Positions 47,100 to 60,973 of a stretch of DNA of 64,000 bases are shown here, piece after piece. The notes below the pieces were generated by a model. The model ran no database searches, was not told the DNA's origin, and worked only from the letters and a program-made list of their open reading frames with translations. This DNA is from Convolutriloba macropyga (Eukaryota). Numbering within the stretch: the stretch's first letter is position 1; each line of letters opens with the position of its first letter. Made by a program: the position numbers and the translations under genes. The stretch covers positions 32,240,001-32,304,000 of the forward strand of contig NC_134468.1 in NCBI RefSeq assembly GCF_964194025.1. Reading direction: 5' to 3'.

Positions 47100-50000
47100 A
47101 AAACGAAAATGTACTTATAATACCTCTGCAGATCGAAACATTAATCATGCAGTAGCAGTAGCAGACACTGGAGCATTCAGCAGCGCCACGTCAAAAAAAC
47201 ATTTTAATAAAATAAGCAGAAACCTCTACCAAAAACCAGAAAAACAACTCCTCCTGAAATAAACGGTTTTACAGCTTTCCTACATCAATTACCCACTTTA
47301 TTTACAGTTCAACTGACATTCAAAATTGGCCTCTCACAATTTGAGGAACAATTCATGGTGTTTGAAACACTTTCCGCTATCCTTCTTGGATTTCCCTTTT
47401 TTGACAAAAATGAGATTATTATTGATGCGCACAACATACTACTTCAAACACCAGAAACTAATTTTCAGCTAAATTTTATGCACATAAAAGGCAGCAACAA
47501 GCAAGAACGTCCCAACAGCCGGAAAAAAATCATGGTCAAAACTAAAACAACTTTAACGCTCTCAACTGGTGAACAGAAAATCTTTGGAACTATTCTCATC
47601 AGAGGAATCTGATGCACAAGAACAAATTGGACCAGTAGAGCCTGCACTCAAATTTTAAAAACTCGGCTTTGGTCTAACGAGCACGCTTGACAAACTTACA
47701 AAGAACCAAAATACTACCCTACTTGCAATCAATACAACAGAAGTTCCACTTCACAATGAACAAGATTCTCCAGTAGCAACATTCGAAATTGTCACACCAG
47801 AGCAAGCTCGTTACTTGATACCACTTGAGCCAAAATTTTTCCAATCAAGCGATTTTTAAAGAAAACAATAAAACAAATAGAAAAGTCTATAGGGAAAACA
47901 GCAAAAGGTGAAAAATCACATAATAATAAAAGGCAAAAACGGATCCTTGTTCCCGACCCCAGAAACCAATCCCGACACATCCAAGATGAGCGCAGTAGAA
48001 AAACGCATATATGAGGAATTTCTCAAATTCAAAAATTTTGCAGCACTTCAACCTCTCTTGAAAAACGAAGACAGGAAAACTTTTCTTAACTCATTTAAAT
48101 GGAGCGACAGCGCACTCTCTGACAAAGTTAAAGAAAGAACAGAATAGCTTCTAGTGGAGTTCAATGACATATTCACAAGACACCGCCCTAATATTTGCTA
48201 CATTCACAAATTCTCAGTCAAGTTGACACCAGACACAAACAAACCTGTATACTCCAAAACTCAAAAATTTCCAATCCATCTTAAAGAAGATTTGCTAGTT
48301 GAACTAGCACTTCTCCAATACTACGGAGTCATAGTAAAGATTTCATTTAGCCGATATTCATCTCCAATATTTGCTAAACGCAAACCAAACGGAAGCTCAG
48401 AAAAATAAACCCTCTCATTAGAAACGACTACAACAATAACAACTTCCCGATAGTTAAACTAGCAGATGCGGGCACCCACTTAGCTGGCAAGAAAGTCTTC
48501 TGAAAAATGAATGGCAGCCATGGCTGCTTCTCTGTACCAATAGCAGATGAACAATCAGAACAGTTTCTGGCCTTCAACTTCGCCTCAGGGACATATGCTT
48601 TTCAAAGACTGGCCCAAGGACTAAGCAGAAGCGTCAGCGCCTTTAGCTCATTCATGCGTCAATACCTCAACCCAGTGATGACAGCAGATAAATGCCTTCA
48701 GTACGTCGACGACATTGCCATCGGAGCGCATGACACAAACTACATGCTGGAAAAACTTCGAGCAGTCTTTACATGCATCTGCGAATCAGGATTGAAGCTC
48801 GCAACAGACAAATTTGATCTCAAAGAAATTCCTGGGTAAGACAATAACCTCTGAGGGTCTCAGGCCAAAAAAACAAAAGATTACAGCTTTTCTGAAAACA
48901 TTCAGAAAGCCACGAAACCCAAAACAAGTCAAATGCATAATCGGATTTTTTCAATTTTATGAAGATTTCATCCCTGAAATCGCTGAAAAACTTTCACCGT
49001 TCTATCATCTACTAAAGAAAGACACTAATTTCGTGATAGAAGAAATAAACCAAGTTATGCTGGAGAAGCTAACAAATGATCTAAGAACAGCCTGTGACCT
49101 TTTACTCAGACTACCCAAAGTTGACCAGCAATATGCAATAATGGCCGACGCATCCTTCTAAGCAGCCGGATACGTACTCATTATAAAAGAGTACACAACA
49201 TTTGAAAGTAATCAGGATTTGACAGTTCATGCACCCGTCATTTTCGGATCTAGAATTTTCCACCCTAACCAACTCAAACTTTCGATTTATGCGAAAGAAT
49301 TCCTCGCATTTCACTTTACCCTAGGCACCATTGCAAATATTATATGGGGTTAAAAAAACTACTCCTCATTTTGACAGACAACAGCTCAGTAACCAGGTTC
49401 TTCCAAACAAAAATCATACCGCCTACACTTTGGAGTGCTCTCGATCTTGTACTCAGCTTCGACATCATACTGGGACATATTCCCGGAAGAACTATTTAGC
49501 AGCGGATTATCTGTCGAGAATACACGTAAGCCCGAAAGGGAAACTCGAGTTTTTCATCAACTCACCCCTAACAATGCATGAAATTGAAATCAACACAACA
49601 GCAGAAACACCTGACAACTCAATCAGTAATCTGAGCAGCTCAGCAGATGACAATACACCAAAAAATATGAAAACATACTTACTTGAGTGTAAACAAACCA
49701 ACGGAGAAGATCTTATGAATGTTCAAGCTGACGTTCAACTACAAATTCTTGCACCTGCAACGCAACAATTAAACGCCATGCATGAACAAAACCCACAAGA
49801 TGAATTCATCACTCATGTGCACGGACCTTTAGACCTGCGTGCTGAACAACAACAAGACGAAAATATCAAAATGGTACTGCTCTGGTTCGAAAGAAGTTCA
49901 CCGACAACAGGACAATATTTATCCAGTGATCTATAAAAGTATATCAAGCAATTCCCAAGACTAGCGGTAACAGAAGGCGTCCTTCATCGGAATTTCTATT

Positions 50001-51250
50001 ACTACACTTGAATTCAATTTATTAAACAATATTGCGTCCCGTCAAACTTACAGAAGAAAGTACTCAACATAATTCATAACAGTGTTTGGAGTGGGCACAA
50101 AGGAGTCTCACTAACAATAACAGAGTTCATATCGATTTTACTTTTCGAATTTCACTGAACGCCTAAAAGAATATATCAGAAGCTGTCTCACATGCTTGCA
50201 AACAAAACCAGCACCAACATCTGCATTGAAACATCCAATAAAACCATTTTCGTCCCTGAAAAACTTCCCAGCAGACCACTTACTTATAGATCTGGTGGGA
50301 AAGATGCGCCCTTCTCCTTGAACGTACATTATCTCAGGTATTGATGTCTTCTCGCAGTATCTTTTCGCCGCACCTACGAAAGGCAACGCAGACATGACAT
50401 CGTAGCACGAGCCCTTGTCTCAAACAATGAGACACTCATACGTTCCTTCAAGAATCATAAGTGATATTGGAACTGCATTTACATCCAAACAATTGAGTGA
50501 ACTAGCAAACATATTGCAGGTGGTTCTCAAACATTGCACATTGAAACATGCTCTAACCATTGGCTTACATGAAAGTAATCACGCACCGCTAAAACAAATC
50601 TTGAGAGTCAGTAAAAAAAACCAAAATTCGTCAGGTTGGCAGAGATCCGTTGATATTTCAGTATTCATGCACAACACAACATTCGCACCAGCTCTGGTTT
50701 GCACGCCATCTGACTTCTTTCACGGCAGAACACCGATAAATCTTTTGGACCCCAGATTTGAAAACACAAAACTATGAGAGTCTCATCCAAAATACGACTG
50801 CTTTAAAGAACTACAATATAAAACTACGAAGCTTTTCTCCAGCGTAAAAGACAACCTTATCTCGCCTTATCTGAAATACAAAAAGTACTATGACAGAAGA
50901 GCAAACGCTACAGCACTAAAACACAAACATACTGCTTAATTCTTGACCCAAGAAGCACAAAACAAGTAGCAGTGATGAATAAACAGCAAAGCAGGTGGAT
51001 TCCATTATGCAGAGTTGAAAAACTGCTCACGAATGCAAACTACATTGTACGCCAACCAACACAAATTACACGCATTGTATCCATCGAATGAGACTTCGAC
51101 CTGTGAAACCACAATGTCAAGTAGAAGATCTTGAACTTGTAGACCCCTGAAACTTTGAACCAGATCCCACCATATCAGAAGAAGAGAAAGAACCACAGCT
51201 TTCCTACAGTAAAGTCAGACACCATATTAACGAAGACAATATGCAGCTGC
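47100..51250 (+). pseudogene. pol: pol remnant (protease, RT, RNase H, integrase)
   Basis: ADTGAFSSA at ~47161; YSSPIFAKRKPNG; YAFQRLAQGL and LQYVDDI; ADASF*AAGYVL; ADYLSR; integrase H..GHKG/CLTC and PSRIISDIGTAFTS. Confidence 0.92.
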
Positions 51251-52321
51251 CCATAAGAACACCAGATGTCCAGTTTTTCTTCTGAAAACCCAACAACAAA
51301 ATTTTATGACATGACACATGAACCAACGTTTGACCAATTTGCATTCTTCGTTGGAGGCTCAGTTCCAAGCGCAAACACAAGAAACACCAGAATCAATTGA
51401 TACAAGAGATTATGTTGTCTCAAACAACTCAATTTTCTTACCGTCCGATAGTCCTTTTGGCTCAAATCGACCATGCAACCTTCACAGGAACGATCATCTG
51501 GCATTGGCCCAAATAAAATCTCCTGCAAGCCGCAGAAGTGGAAAAGGAATAAAATATTGAAGTATTTACTTATTTCACACTTGACTACATCCCAGGCCCA
51601 AACCTGACAAATGATACAAAAGAAACTCATCACGAGGCAAGAATTTTAGACCCACAAGCAAAATGTTCACAGTCACGAAACCAGAGTCTCACTGACTTCA
51701 CGTTCGATTCATCTGAAAATATTGGAGATTTATATTTGATGACGTTAATAGCCCCGTCTACACCCCCCCCCCCAATAATAGACTCTACAGGCAAAAAAAC
51801 CTTATACCAGATCAAATCGATCAACGACATTTACCACAACAATACAACCTCAAGCAATGATGTCCAACAACCGAGCTCCGACGAGAACAATGAGCACTCC
51901 CTCATAGGAGGAAACGTTTGACAAATCGAAAATAACGAGAGCAATAGTGCTATTGTCCAACACGAAGCCCCAAGAACATCTTCGCCACTGTCTCAAAGAG
52001 TGTCCAACAGAGAACTAACGGACCTTGGCCCAGTGCTTCAAAGCAGAAGAATTGTTCTGCTAACACTTCACCATCGGGAGATCAACGGCAACATTCATCA
52101 AACTTTTTGCTTCGAAGATGACATCCAGCACGAATTAGGTACCAATACTCTTTATTATACATACACTTTACTTACGTCACTAACCAATGAATACACTCCA
52201 AAAACTTTAAATTTAAAGGGGAAAAAGACACAGCTCAAATCATTTTCCACAACTTTGTACCTCGCTAAATCAGTCGCCCAGAGATTCGAATTTAATTTCA
52301 CAAACAAACTTAGTTACCAAA

Positions 52322-54350
52322 ATGCTTAACATCCTACCACTTTTACTACTCCTTTCGCTCTTGATGAAAATGAACTAGCCATCGGTGCCAGCAAAAGATT
52401 GAGTATTATTCAACCTTCATCAGAAAAGTCTATTGACAGAAAAAGATTTCAAAACTGAAATCCTGGTCCCCTACCCAATATATAACAAAACAGTGGAAGA
52501 CAAACCGATCAACTTGACAAAAGAGGTAGACAAAATGCGGACTTCAGAAAATTATGGTTGCCCATTGAACTTCACTTAAATGACTAACTCGACAGCAGGC
52601 CTACATTTGATAGCTTAAAAAAAGAATGACAGGAAACCAACAGGCCCAACACGACATTGTAAACCTCAAATCGGAAATGAACACACTACTAAGAGCAAAC
52701 AGTCAAACTTCTAAAACACTGCAAAGACAACCCCGCGGTGCGGCTGCCGCAGCAACCACTGCAGTGCTTGAAATTGGAATAAGAACAGGGGACAATTCAC
52801 TATGCTTCATCAAATCAGTGTTTGGCGGATGCGACAAGAGTGACTAGAAACCAGAAAAACATAAGACAAGCAATGGCTTTTCTCCAATACCTAACCGACC
52901 ATGTTGAACAAATCACCATCCAAATCAATGAAAATTTCTATGTTGTATCAGGTGATCTGAAAGCCACCAAAGAAGCCCAGAATATAATTGAGACACAAAA
53001 CAGGAACTGGGAACTTGTTGAAGGACAATTCAAGGCGTTGCGACAAAACGTACATCACATGAGAAACTGCATCCAATACTTATACGTAAGAGAAAAAATC
53101 AATCAATATAGTCTTTTACTTAGCAATATTTTTCAAGCAATACGTGCTAACGTCAAAACATACCACTCGGCCCTTTATATGATTCGAATCAATATACTGA
53201 ATGCCTTGACGCCTATCATGAATCAACTTTTACCAATGTCACGAGTTCCACGGGTGCAGTTGCATGAAATTCTTACGATTGTTCATTATCAACAAAATGG
53301 ACAACAGGAACGATTATCTCTAGCCGTACCAATCTAAGTGATTTTCTCGTATTATGAAACGAAACTAGTCACACAAGTCGAAGCAATTGACGCCGATCTT
53401 ATACTTACACTAGTGAACCCAATGGCTTCGAAAAGTACAGTTATGAACGTATTGCTTGCCGTTCCTATCCCAATGCCGGACGGGATACGGGCAGGCAAAG
53501 TTTTAGTTTGGTGGCTTGAGGCCAAATACATGGCCGTCTCAGACGACGGAGAAGAACTAACGTTTATCGATGAAGACGAGCTCGCAAATTGTATCGGATC
53601 CCAAAAATACGCAATATGCAGCAAAGGAATTCCTACAGAACAGACTTATCAGTCCTGTATGGCTACTTTAGTTTACCACGATGACCAGCTACTTGCAATG
53701 CAACGCTGTTAACTGAATGTAGTGGAATTGCCGTTGACTGAAAAAGCACGCAATCTCGGCTTCGGTCGTTGGTTAATAACATTGTCCAAAGACGATTAGA
53801 CACTCATCGAAAGCGCTGGTTATGGCAGCAATCCATTGGCAAGAATTGAGCATCCTGGTTGCGGAGTGTGTATCACACTGGGATGTGGAAATCAGCTTAG
53901 AGGACCAAATGTTCGTTTTTTGCTCAGACCTCACTGCTTGTGACACAGTACCGCAATACGGTTAGATTTTCAATTACCAAATCCAATAAGTACATTCTTC
54001 AAACCACTGCCTCCATTGGATGAACTAACGAAATTATTATCAAAATCTGAGGCAAAAATTCAAAATTTTCAGCAAATTCAACCAGAATGCAAACAAATGG
54101 AAACAGGACAAACAAACAGCAAATCAATAGAACGAATGGCCGAACCAATTTTGGAAAGAATAAGAGTATTCCATGGAAAATGTCTGTTTTTCGGATTTTT
54201 TTCCTTCTCGATTAGCGTTATACTACCTCTAACTTATTTTCGTCTTTTTACACAAACGGACAAAAATTCACAGATGTTTCCCTTTCCGAATAACACACGA
54301 AAGACGACGGATAAAAACAAAACCAATACAATTTGTTGCAATAAATGACA
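52322..54350 (+). pseudogene. env: env remnant, class I fusion (F-like) glycoprotein
   Basis: Signal-like MLNILPLLLLLSLL at 52322; furin site RQPR|GAAAAATTAVL at 52725; heptad region; Cys-rich ELANCIGSQKYAICSKG...SCMATL; hydrophobic TM-like stretch at ~54185-54250. Confidence 0.8.
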
Positions 54351-54656
54351 ATGAATACCTACAAGAACATCCAGAACATCCCCTGCAGGAATGCTCACTA
54401 GTACTATCACTCGAAATCAAGACAGAGTTCGAAAACTAAAACGAAGAAAACATAAACAAACCTCGCACTCCTTACATATTCATAAGAAACTACTTCCGGA
54501 CACTGAAACGTAACGAAGAAACGACTATCAGAATCGATCATGTCAACAGGCCTTCCGAAGCGAGACAGCCCGTCAGTACAAATTTACGGGAACACTCACC
54601 GATATCCCATTACGGAGCGTATCCTCTCAGAACAATCAATACAGGAAAGGTTTTAG

Positions 54657-54731
54657 AAAAAACCTGACCAGTTTCGAACCCTCAATTTTAGCATGAGAGT
54701 TCAGCGCGCTACCAACTGCGCTAAGTGGGAC
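54657..54731 (-). ncRNA. tRNA-like Pol III unit (not a canonical tRNA)
   Basis: Minus strand GTCCCACTTAGCGCAGTTGGTAGCGCG...GAGGGTTCGAAAC...GGTTTTTT: A box, perfect GCGC/GCGC D-stem, B box and T6 terminator. Acceptor and anticodon stems do not pair. Confidence 0.65.
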
Positions 54732-54863
54732 GGCAGCGTGGTCCGTAAAAATAACTAATAAATTGAAAAAATGGAAAAAAAAAATAATTTTTTTACCCTT
54801 ACCCTAGCTTACCCTTACAGCCCTTTGCCCTTTCCCAGAATTTTCCCCCTTTATGAAAGCACC

Positions 54864-54937
54864 TGTAAGCCGCGAGGATTTGAATCTGGAACCTCAGATC
54901 AACGGTTAGAGGTAGTAGCAACTGATCTAAGTCACTT
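54864..54937 (-). ncRNA. Second, more degenerate tRNA-like unit
   Basis: Minus strand TAGATCAGTTGC (A-box-like) ... GAGGTTCCAGATTCAAATCC (B-box-like) at tRNA spacing. Confidence 0.4.
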
Positions 54938-57900
54938 GTTGAAAGTTATCAAATATTTTCACTTCTACTCTACCGGAAATTAGAAATTTTTTGTCAGCAG
55001 TAAGCAAGGAAAAGCAAAAATTTGAAACTGAAATTTTAAAACAATATATGATTTAACTACACTTTTAAAAATCCTACATATGCCAGAGAGACAAATTCTC
55101 CCAATCGATAGTACCCCGCCATTTAATTTGCTAAAACATACTTCATAATTTTGATCTTACTTGAGTATCAAACCGAAAATTTCACTACGTCAAATTACTC
55201 TTTGAAAGAAAAATCGAAAAACAATTTACAGAGCAATTCCTCTCAAACCTCTATTTATAAAGTCGGGGATTTGCTCCCTACCTTTTTATCCAGCGAAGAA
55301 TTTTTTTTGAAAAAGAATTTATACTGACGCATTAAACAACGGAGTAATAAAATGCAATTCCCAAAGGAAATTATTTATTATCTGTCAAAGCGAAAATGAG
55401 AAGGAATCCATTTGCCCGGAAGGCGAACAGTCTATCAATCACAGCCTATAATGAAATATTAATCATCCCAACCAGCGAAATTCCCCACAATCTCAAATAT
55501 TCAAAATGTCAAATTTACCTCACTTCTCCCGCAACACTATCAATCATTCAAACTACTTTCCGCCTGCTACCTACCAGCAACTCTCTTTATTGCTAACTGT
55601 TTGCTCTTCAAATCTACTACAATTTTCTTTGCGGATGGAAACTTGGAACTTATTTCAACTAACTTGAACATTTTTCTTACATCTGAAATTTTACCCTTTG
55701 CACTATTTCAATCACTTTATAATGAAGTCAGTATATCCTTTCAGAATTAAAGTTGAGCCGCGCTTTAACACGACGGTCAGCGGCCAACCAGTTTATATTA
55801 CAGAATACAGTATTGCTTTTTTTACAGATCGTGAAGCAGTAATTAGTATTAACATGCAACAGGACGAAATTGTCAACAGTATTTATTCAATTTCTTTTAT
55901 CCCCCTTACAGTGATTGAGAAATCAGCTGTATGACAACAAATCATACAGTGCATACAATCGGGAAAAAGTTATATTAACGTCAAGTTCTATCTTAACTCA
56001 GAAGGAGAACCAGTTGCAGTAGAACCATCTCAAATGGCCTTTCCTGAAAGTCCCAAAAGCCCTGACCCCTTATCAGACCACGATTCTGCTGAATTAAATT
56101 AGATTGCGATTTCTCCTTCATCACCAATTCCATTCTCAGATGACTCTATGTCAATTTCCTCAAATAGTTGCATTAACATTTGATTAAAATTTCGGTTAAA
56201 TCGATTAGATCTCATGTCTTTAACAACAACCCCAACTTTCACCACAATTGACCTATCAGAAGACACGATTCCTTACATTTCTCCAATTCTAAACCAATTT
56301 CCACTTTATGCTTACTTTGTTACTGAATTTGACATCAAACTTGGAGTCTTTTGTGCATACTTCATATTCCCCTGCAATAACTCATGCTTCTGTATTATTT
56401 TCCTGGATAAAAGTCAAGACAAAAAAAATCACCTTGGAACCAGATCATGCAAATTTTCTTACCTTTTTGACATTCTTGACATTCTTATAAAACACCAAAG
56501 AAGAATCCTTAGAAGACGAATTTGACCTGTAATTGTTTTTTAAAACATTAAATACTTATTTTTTTTTGCTAATTCCAAATCCTAAAATCTAGCACCTCAC
56601 CAATTTTACTTTTCCTATAAATCACGACTACAAGCATTTGGGACCAAATCCAAAACTACATCGGCCCAGAAGACACCGCCCCAAAACTACATACCAGCCA
56701 CGACATCAACGTTTGCGTGAAAGTGGGAATCCAATACATGGAGTCTCTTTTCAATGGAGATGTAATATTACAAAATGTAACCATCGTGATCTGGACACAC
56801 TCCCATACAGGCCCTCTCACGAAAAAGTGTTTTTTTTACACAACCTAGAATATTACACCTATGTATACTACTTCATCACTTCATCTCAAGGTGCCCAACT
56901 AAGCCAACGGTACGGGGATTTTTTTCAAACGGACAAGGACGACCCCGTTGTGTTTGACCAGGTTGGCATCTGCGTATTCACTTAATTTTTCATACAATTT
57001 ATTTCTATTCAAAACATTTTTTCTTATCTCAGCACTTGACTCATGAGTCCCAATTGATTTAATGTAATTTTTATTTTACAAACACCGCAAATTAATGAAA
57101 GGTAACGCCTCTCTTCTTATTTTCGAATTCTTATCAATTTTAATCTTTACTTCCCTGACCCCAAAAAAAATCACTCGTGAGTCATAACTCGTGAGCAAAT
57201 TGAGCAAGCACGCCTAATTGAGCAAAATATCATCAATCAAACAATTTCCAACCATTACCAACAAAACTAAACATCCCAGCCTCTTATCACTTCGAAGGGC
57301 ACGCAATTGAAAGTCAAAATATTAACTGCTTAAGCTACATACGACTCTGCAAATTAACGGCCAAAAAACTCACGAAACATATTTTTTTTCCAGAAAAAAA
57401 CCAAACTAATGCAGGCAGGACCCTTACCGATTGCACAGAACCAACAAAAAACAATCCTTTCAACATACGTTGAAAGGGCATGGACTCGAAACAACAAAAT
57501 CTCCAAAAAAATAACCAAAAACCTGGCAGTATAATTCCAACCCTAACAAAAAAATAATAAAAAACAAAAATTCGAACAGCTCTTTCATTCCATTGAAGGA
57601 TCCTTCGGAGGAAGAATTAAATATACAATACTCTACTCGCTGTCCTTCGACTGCGTATTCGTTTCCCACATTTTCTTCGATTACACTCTTTTATTTTTTG
57701 TTTTTTAAAATATACCACTATTCCAAAAACTTTGCACATGCTCAGTCACATCACTATTCCGCCAGTTGATATTTCTCTTTATTTCGCCCAGTCTAGTCCT
57801 GTCTTTTTACTTTTTTTGATTTTCAATTCTTTTCTTCACTCCTATACGCACATCATAAGCAAGCGAACCCCAATTCCGGTCGACAACAACCTGATTTGAT

Positions 57901-59649
57901 TGATCGCGCGCCTCTCAGCCAGGCAGTAACGGCAAACCTCTTCTAAAATTGAAACAGCATGCGCACACAACGAATCTCCAACTCTGATTGACTAATATAA
58001 ATGTACACCTCGCCCTGATCTCTACAGCTTCGGAACCTTCTATTAAACTCTCTTATAATCCCACAATTTCTTCTTTACTTTTTGCTAATGGTATTTTCGT
58101 CCAACCATTCTCTCCATCCAGTCCCGCTTTACCTTCTATGATTAACTTATTCTTTAGGGAGTTGCAACAATTAATACCCCGCCGATTGACTGTCTCCGCT
58201 TCTTTCCAACTGAGACTTATTGATTTTTTTCGATCGTAGCACTGATGTTCGAACTTGTTCATTTTGATCAGCAGATCTTGTCTGCCTCGTGTCGTTCTAA
58301 TCACAATAATTTTGCTTAAAAACAAATACAAAAAAAACATTATTGCCAAACGTATCAAATCCTAAATTGTTATTTTTAGCTAACGAACGATTTAGTGTCC
58401 ATACTTTGACAGAATAGAATATTCCGTCTCTTCGTTAGTGCAATTATTCGTTTTTGCAAAGGTTCGATTAATTATCCAACAGTCGATCAATAACGCCGCT
58501 ATTAAAGTTTGACCTCTTCGCAGTAAACGTATTCTGAATACTTTATCAATAGAGCAGTCAATCACACTGTTCTCAATTTACTTTCCTCCAAAAATCTATT
58601 AGTGACTGTCCTTTACTGCCATTCCGAGGGAATTACTTCCGAAAACTCCATTAGTGACTGTCATTTATTGCTATGCCGAGGGAATTACTTCAGTACTTTA
58701 CCTCCACTCACACAGTGGAGCAGATGGAGCTGTCACACTTCACAGATCACTACTACATTAGTGTCCCTTGGAAAAATTGCAACTAAACTCGGAAGAGATT
58801 ATCAAACAACTGTCACACTAATACAAATCTAATGAACGGCCTCCCCCTCTAACCTTACTCAACAAAAAGAGAAAACACTCATCACTTTATCTATTCAGTC
58901 TCAAACTCATCAGCAGAGAAAACAGTAGTAAATCAACACAGATGAACTACCAGCCTGACCCCCCCCCCACATTTCTCCTCGTTCGATGGGAGGCTCGCCC
59001 TGCTGATCAAAATTGGAATCCCAGAACCCGCACTCTAACGCACTTACGTGCAAATAACTTACGTTTGGCAGGGCAAGTCGACGAACATGAACATACTGCG
59101 AAAGACAGCCCTTATCCCACGAAGAAGCCCCCTCATGCCTCACCTCAGGAAAGTTGTGGGCGATCAGCAGGCAATAATCTTGAATATCAGGTCGCACCAT
59201 CTAGTCATTCGAAATTTTCAATTTTTCTTCTACATTTTTAACAAATCTGCACGCCTTTATTTTTTTACTGCATGCTTACTATGCCTGCCACGACCAACAC
59301 AAACATCTTTGCCAAATTTTGACAAAATCGAGATCAAAAATTTTTGGTCCAACCATCACCAACTGGACAAATATGGCTCCCATATGGCACTAAACTCACA
59401 TCAACTTGGCCAACGCGGACTGTTGTATTTTCTTCAAAACATATAGCAGTGGCGTTCACCGGCTCAATTTCTTCACATGCATCAGATGAGAAAACAAGAG
59501 GACAAATTAGAGCAAACAGAAAGTAAACTTTCAGCATATTGATCTGTAATATTCAACGAAAACTTAGAACAAACCACTATTGATGTTGCTTTCTGTTTAT
59601 ACTTAATTAGCTTAGTTATTCGCTTGACTTCGACAATGCCACTAATCAA

Positions 59650-59735
59650 GACCCACTTGGCACAGCACACTAGGCAACCCTGTTTATAATCATAAGATTA
59701 AGGGTTCGAAACCCATCGCCGCCGCTTTTTCTAAA
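59650..59735 (+). ncRNA. tRNA-like Pol III unit abutting the 3' LTR
   Basis: GACCCACTTGGCACAG...AAGATTAAGGGTTCGAAACCC...TTTTTCTAAA; homologous to the 54657-54731 unit in the opposite orientation. Confidence 0.55.
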
Positions 59736-59739
59736 GAGC

Positions 59740-60126
59740 CGTAACATAACGACGGAGATTTTTGATTTGTCGAAAAAGACTTTTGTAATTTTATGCAGCA
59801 TTCATTTGTTATCTTGAAATTTACGCAAACGATTCTGCTCAGTACAGCTCAGTTGGTTACTTGGAAACTTGAATGAAACTTGTAGCAGAAAAAAAACGTT
59901 TATAGTGAACCCGCGCTCTAAATAGCCCTTAGCAAAAACTCGCACTTGAAAGCATTTATTAGAAAGGAAATTGCAACGATAACTCTGTCTTCATACCATA
60001 TAGCACTTGGCACTAGCACCTCATATCATATATGACATTGAGCACATACCATATAGTACCATATAGCACATAGCCGCCTCTAATAAGATAGAAAAAGATA
60101 TAAGCAAATTAGAAAAAGAGTTATCA
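59740..60126 (+). repeat. 3' LTR
   Basis: Colinear with 45247-45603 (e.g. ctgctcagtacag.tcagttggttacttggaaa, tttattagaaaggaaattgcaacgataactctgtctt); ends gttatca; has extra catatagcac micro-repeats. Confidence 0.85.
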
Positions 60127-60973
60127 TATTTAGTATTACTGTTAAGTGGTACATTCGTTGTACTTTTTATTGTCTTTATATGATTTCTAAAAAAACGGTA
60201 GTTTTTTCGTCAAACGATTTCAAGTTTGAATTATGTACTTCGACGAATTTGGTGCAATTTGTTTTCAAAGATATATATAAAATTTGAATTGCAGCGATTT
60301 CCCCTTCTGGCAAAATTCGAATCTCTGAGTTGCCGTGCTACTTTGTCTCTCATTTGCTTTCTTACTAGTGTTGATTACTGTCTAAAAAGGTCAGTGTAAA
60401 GATTTACTTAATATCTTTTATCTAGGAAAAGTGGCAAGAATTGTGAAAACAAGAAAATTGAGACATTTTCGTGTTTTCACAAAAAGCAAGAAATTGGAGA
60501 AAAAGCAAGAAAATGGAGACATTTTTTGTCTCCATTTCTGTTTTGCTATGTGCTCAGTTGACTACTAAAGGCAGCACCTCCTCTGAAGTTGATAATGAGG
60601 TTTTCAGTTTGTTGGTTTTGGTTGATTGAAACCAATATTTTTGTGCTGAGATGTTTGACAATCCATGTCTTTTATGATTCTTTGCTATCTCTTTTAAAAA
60701 GTGTTAATGAATTTCTAATTGTTGTCCCTCTTTGTTCATCTCAATAATTTATTTTCACTTAGAATCTTTAATGACAGGTATTTCAGCTTTCGAATGCAAA
60801 ACTATTTACGGTATACTTGGTCTTATAGATGAAAAATTTTCACGGTTTCAATTAAAAACAAATGGTTATTATGAATTTTATACTGATCACTGATTTTTTT
60901 CGAGAACAAAACCAAAGATTTTTACAGTTTTACCCCCTTTTTGCCGATAGTTTTGTTGTACTGTTGTCAAATC

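Larger units (their letters stand above)
45247..60126 (+). mobile_element. Decayed Ty3/Gypsy LTR retrotransposon with env and a long 3' accessory region
   Basis: Two LTRs, gag, PR-RT-RH-IN order and env; many stops and frameshifts. Confidence 0.9.

Noticed and set aside
54657-54731. Functional tRNA gene
   Set aside because: Acceptor, anticodon and T stems do not pair; only the D arm, promoter boxes and terminator are evident.
45241-60132. TSD for the Gypsy element (ATTTA on both flanks)
   Set aside because: Offset by one base from the TG..CA ends and low complexity, so it cannot be supported.
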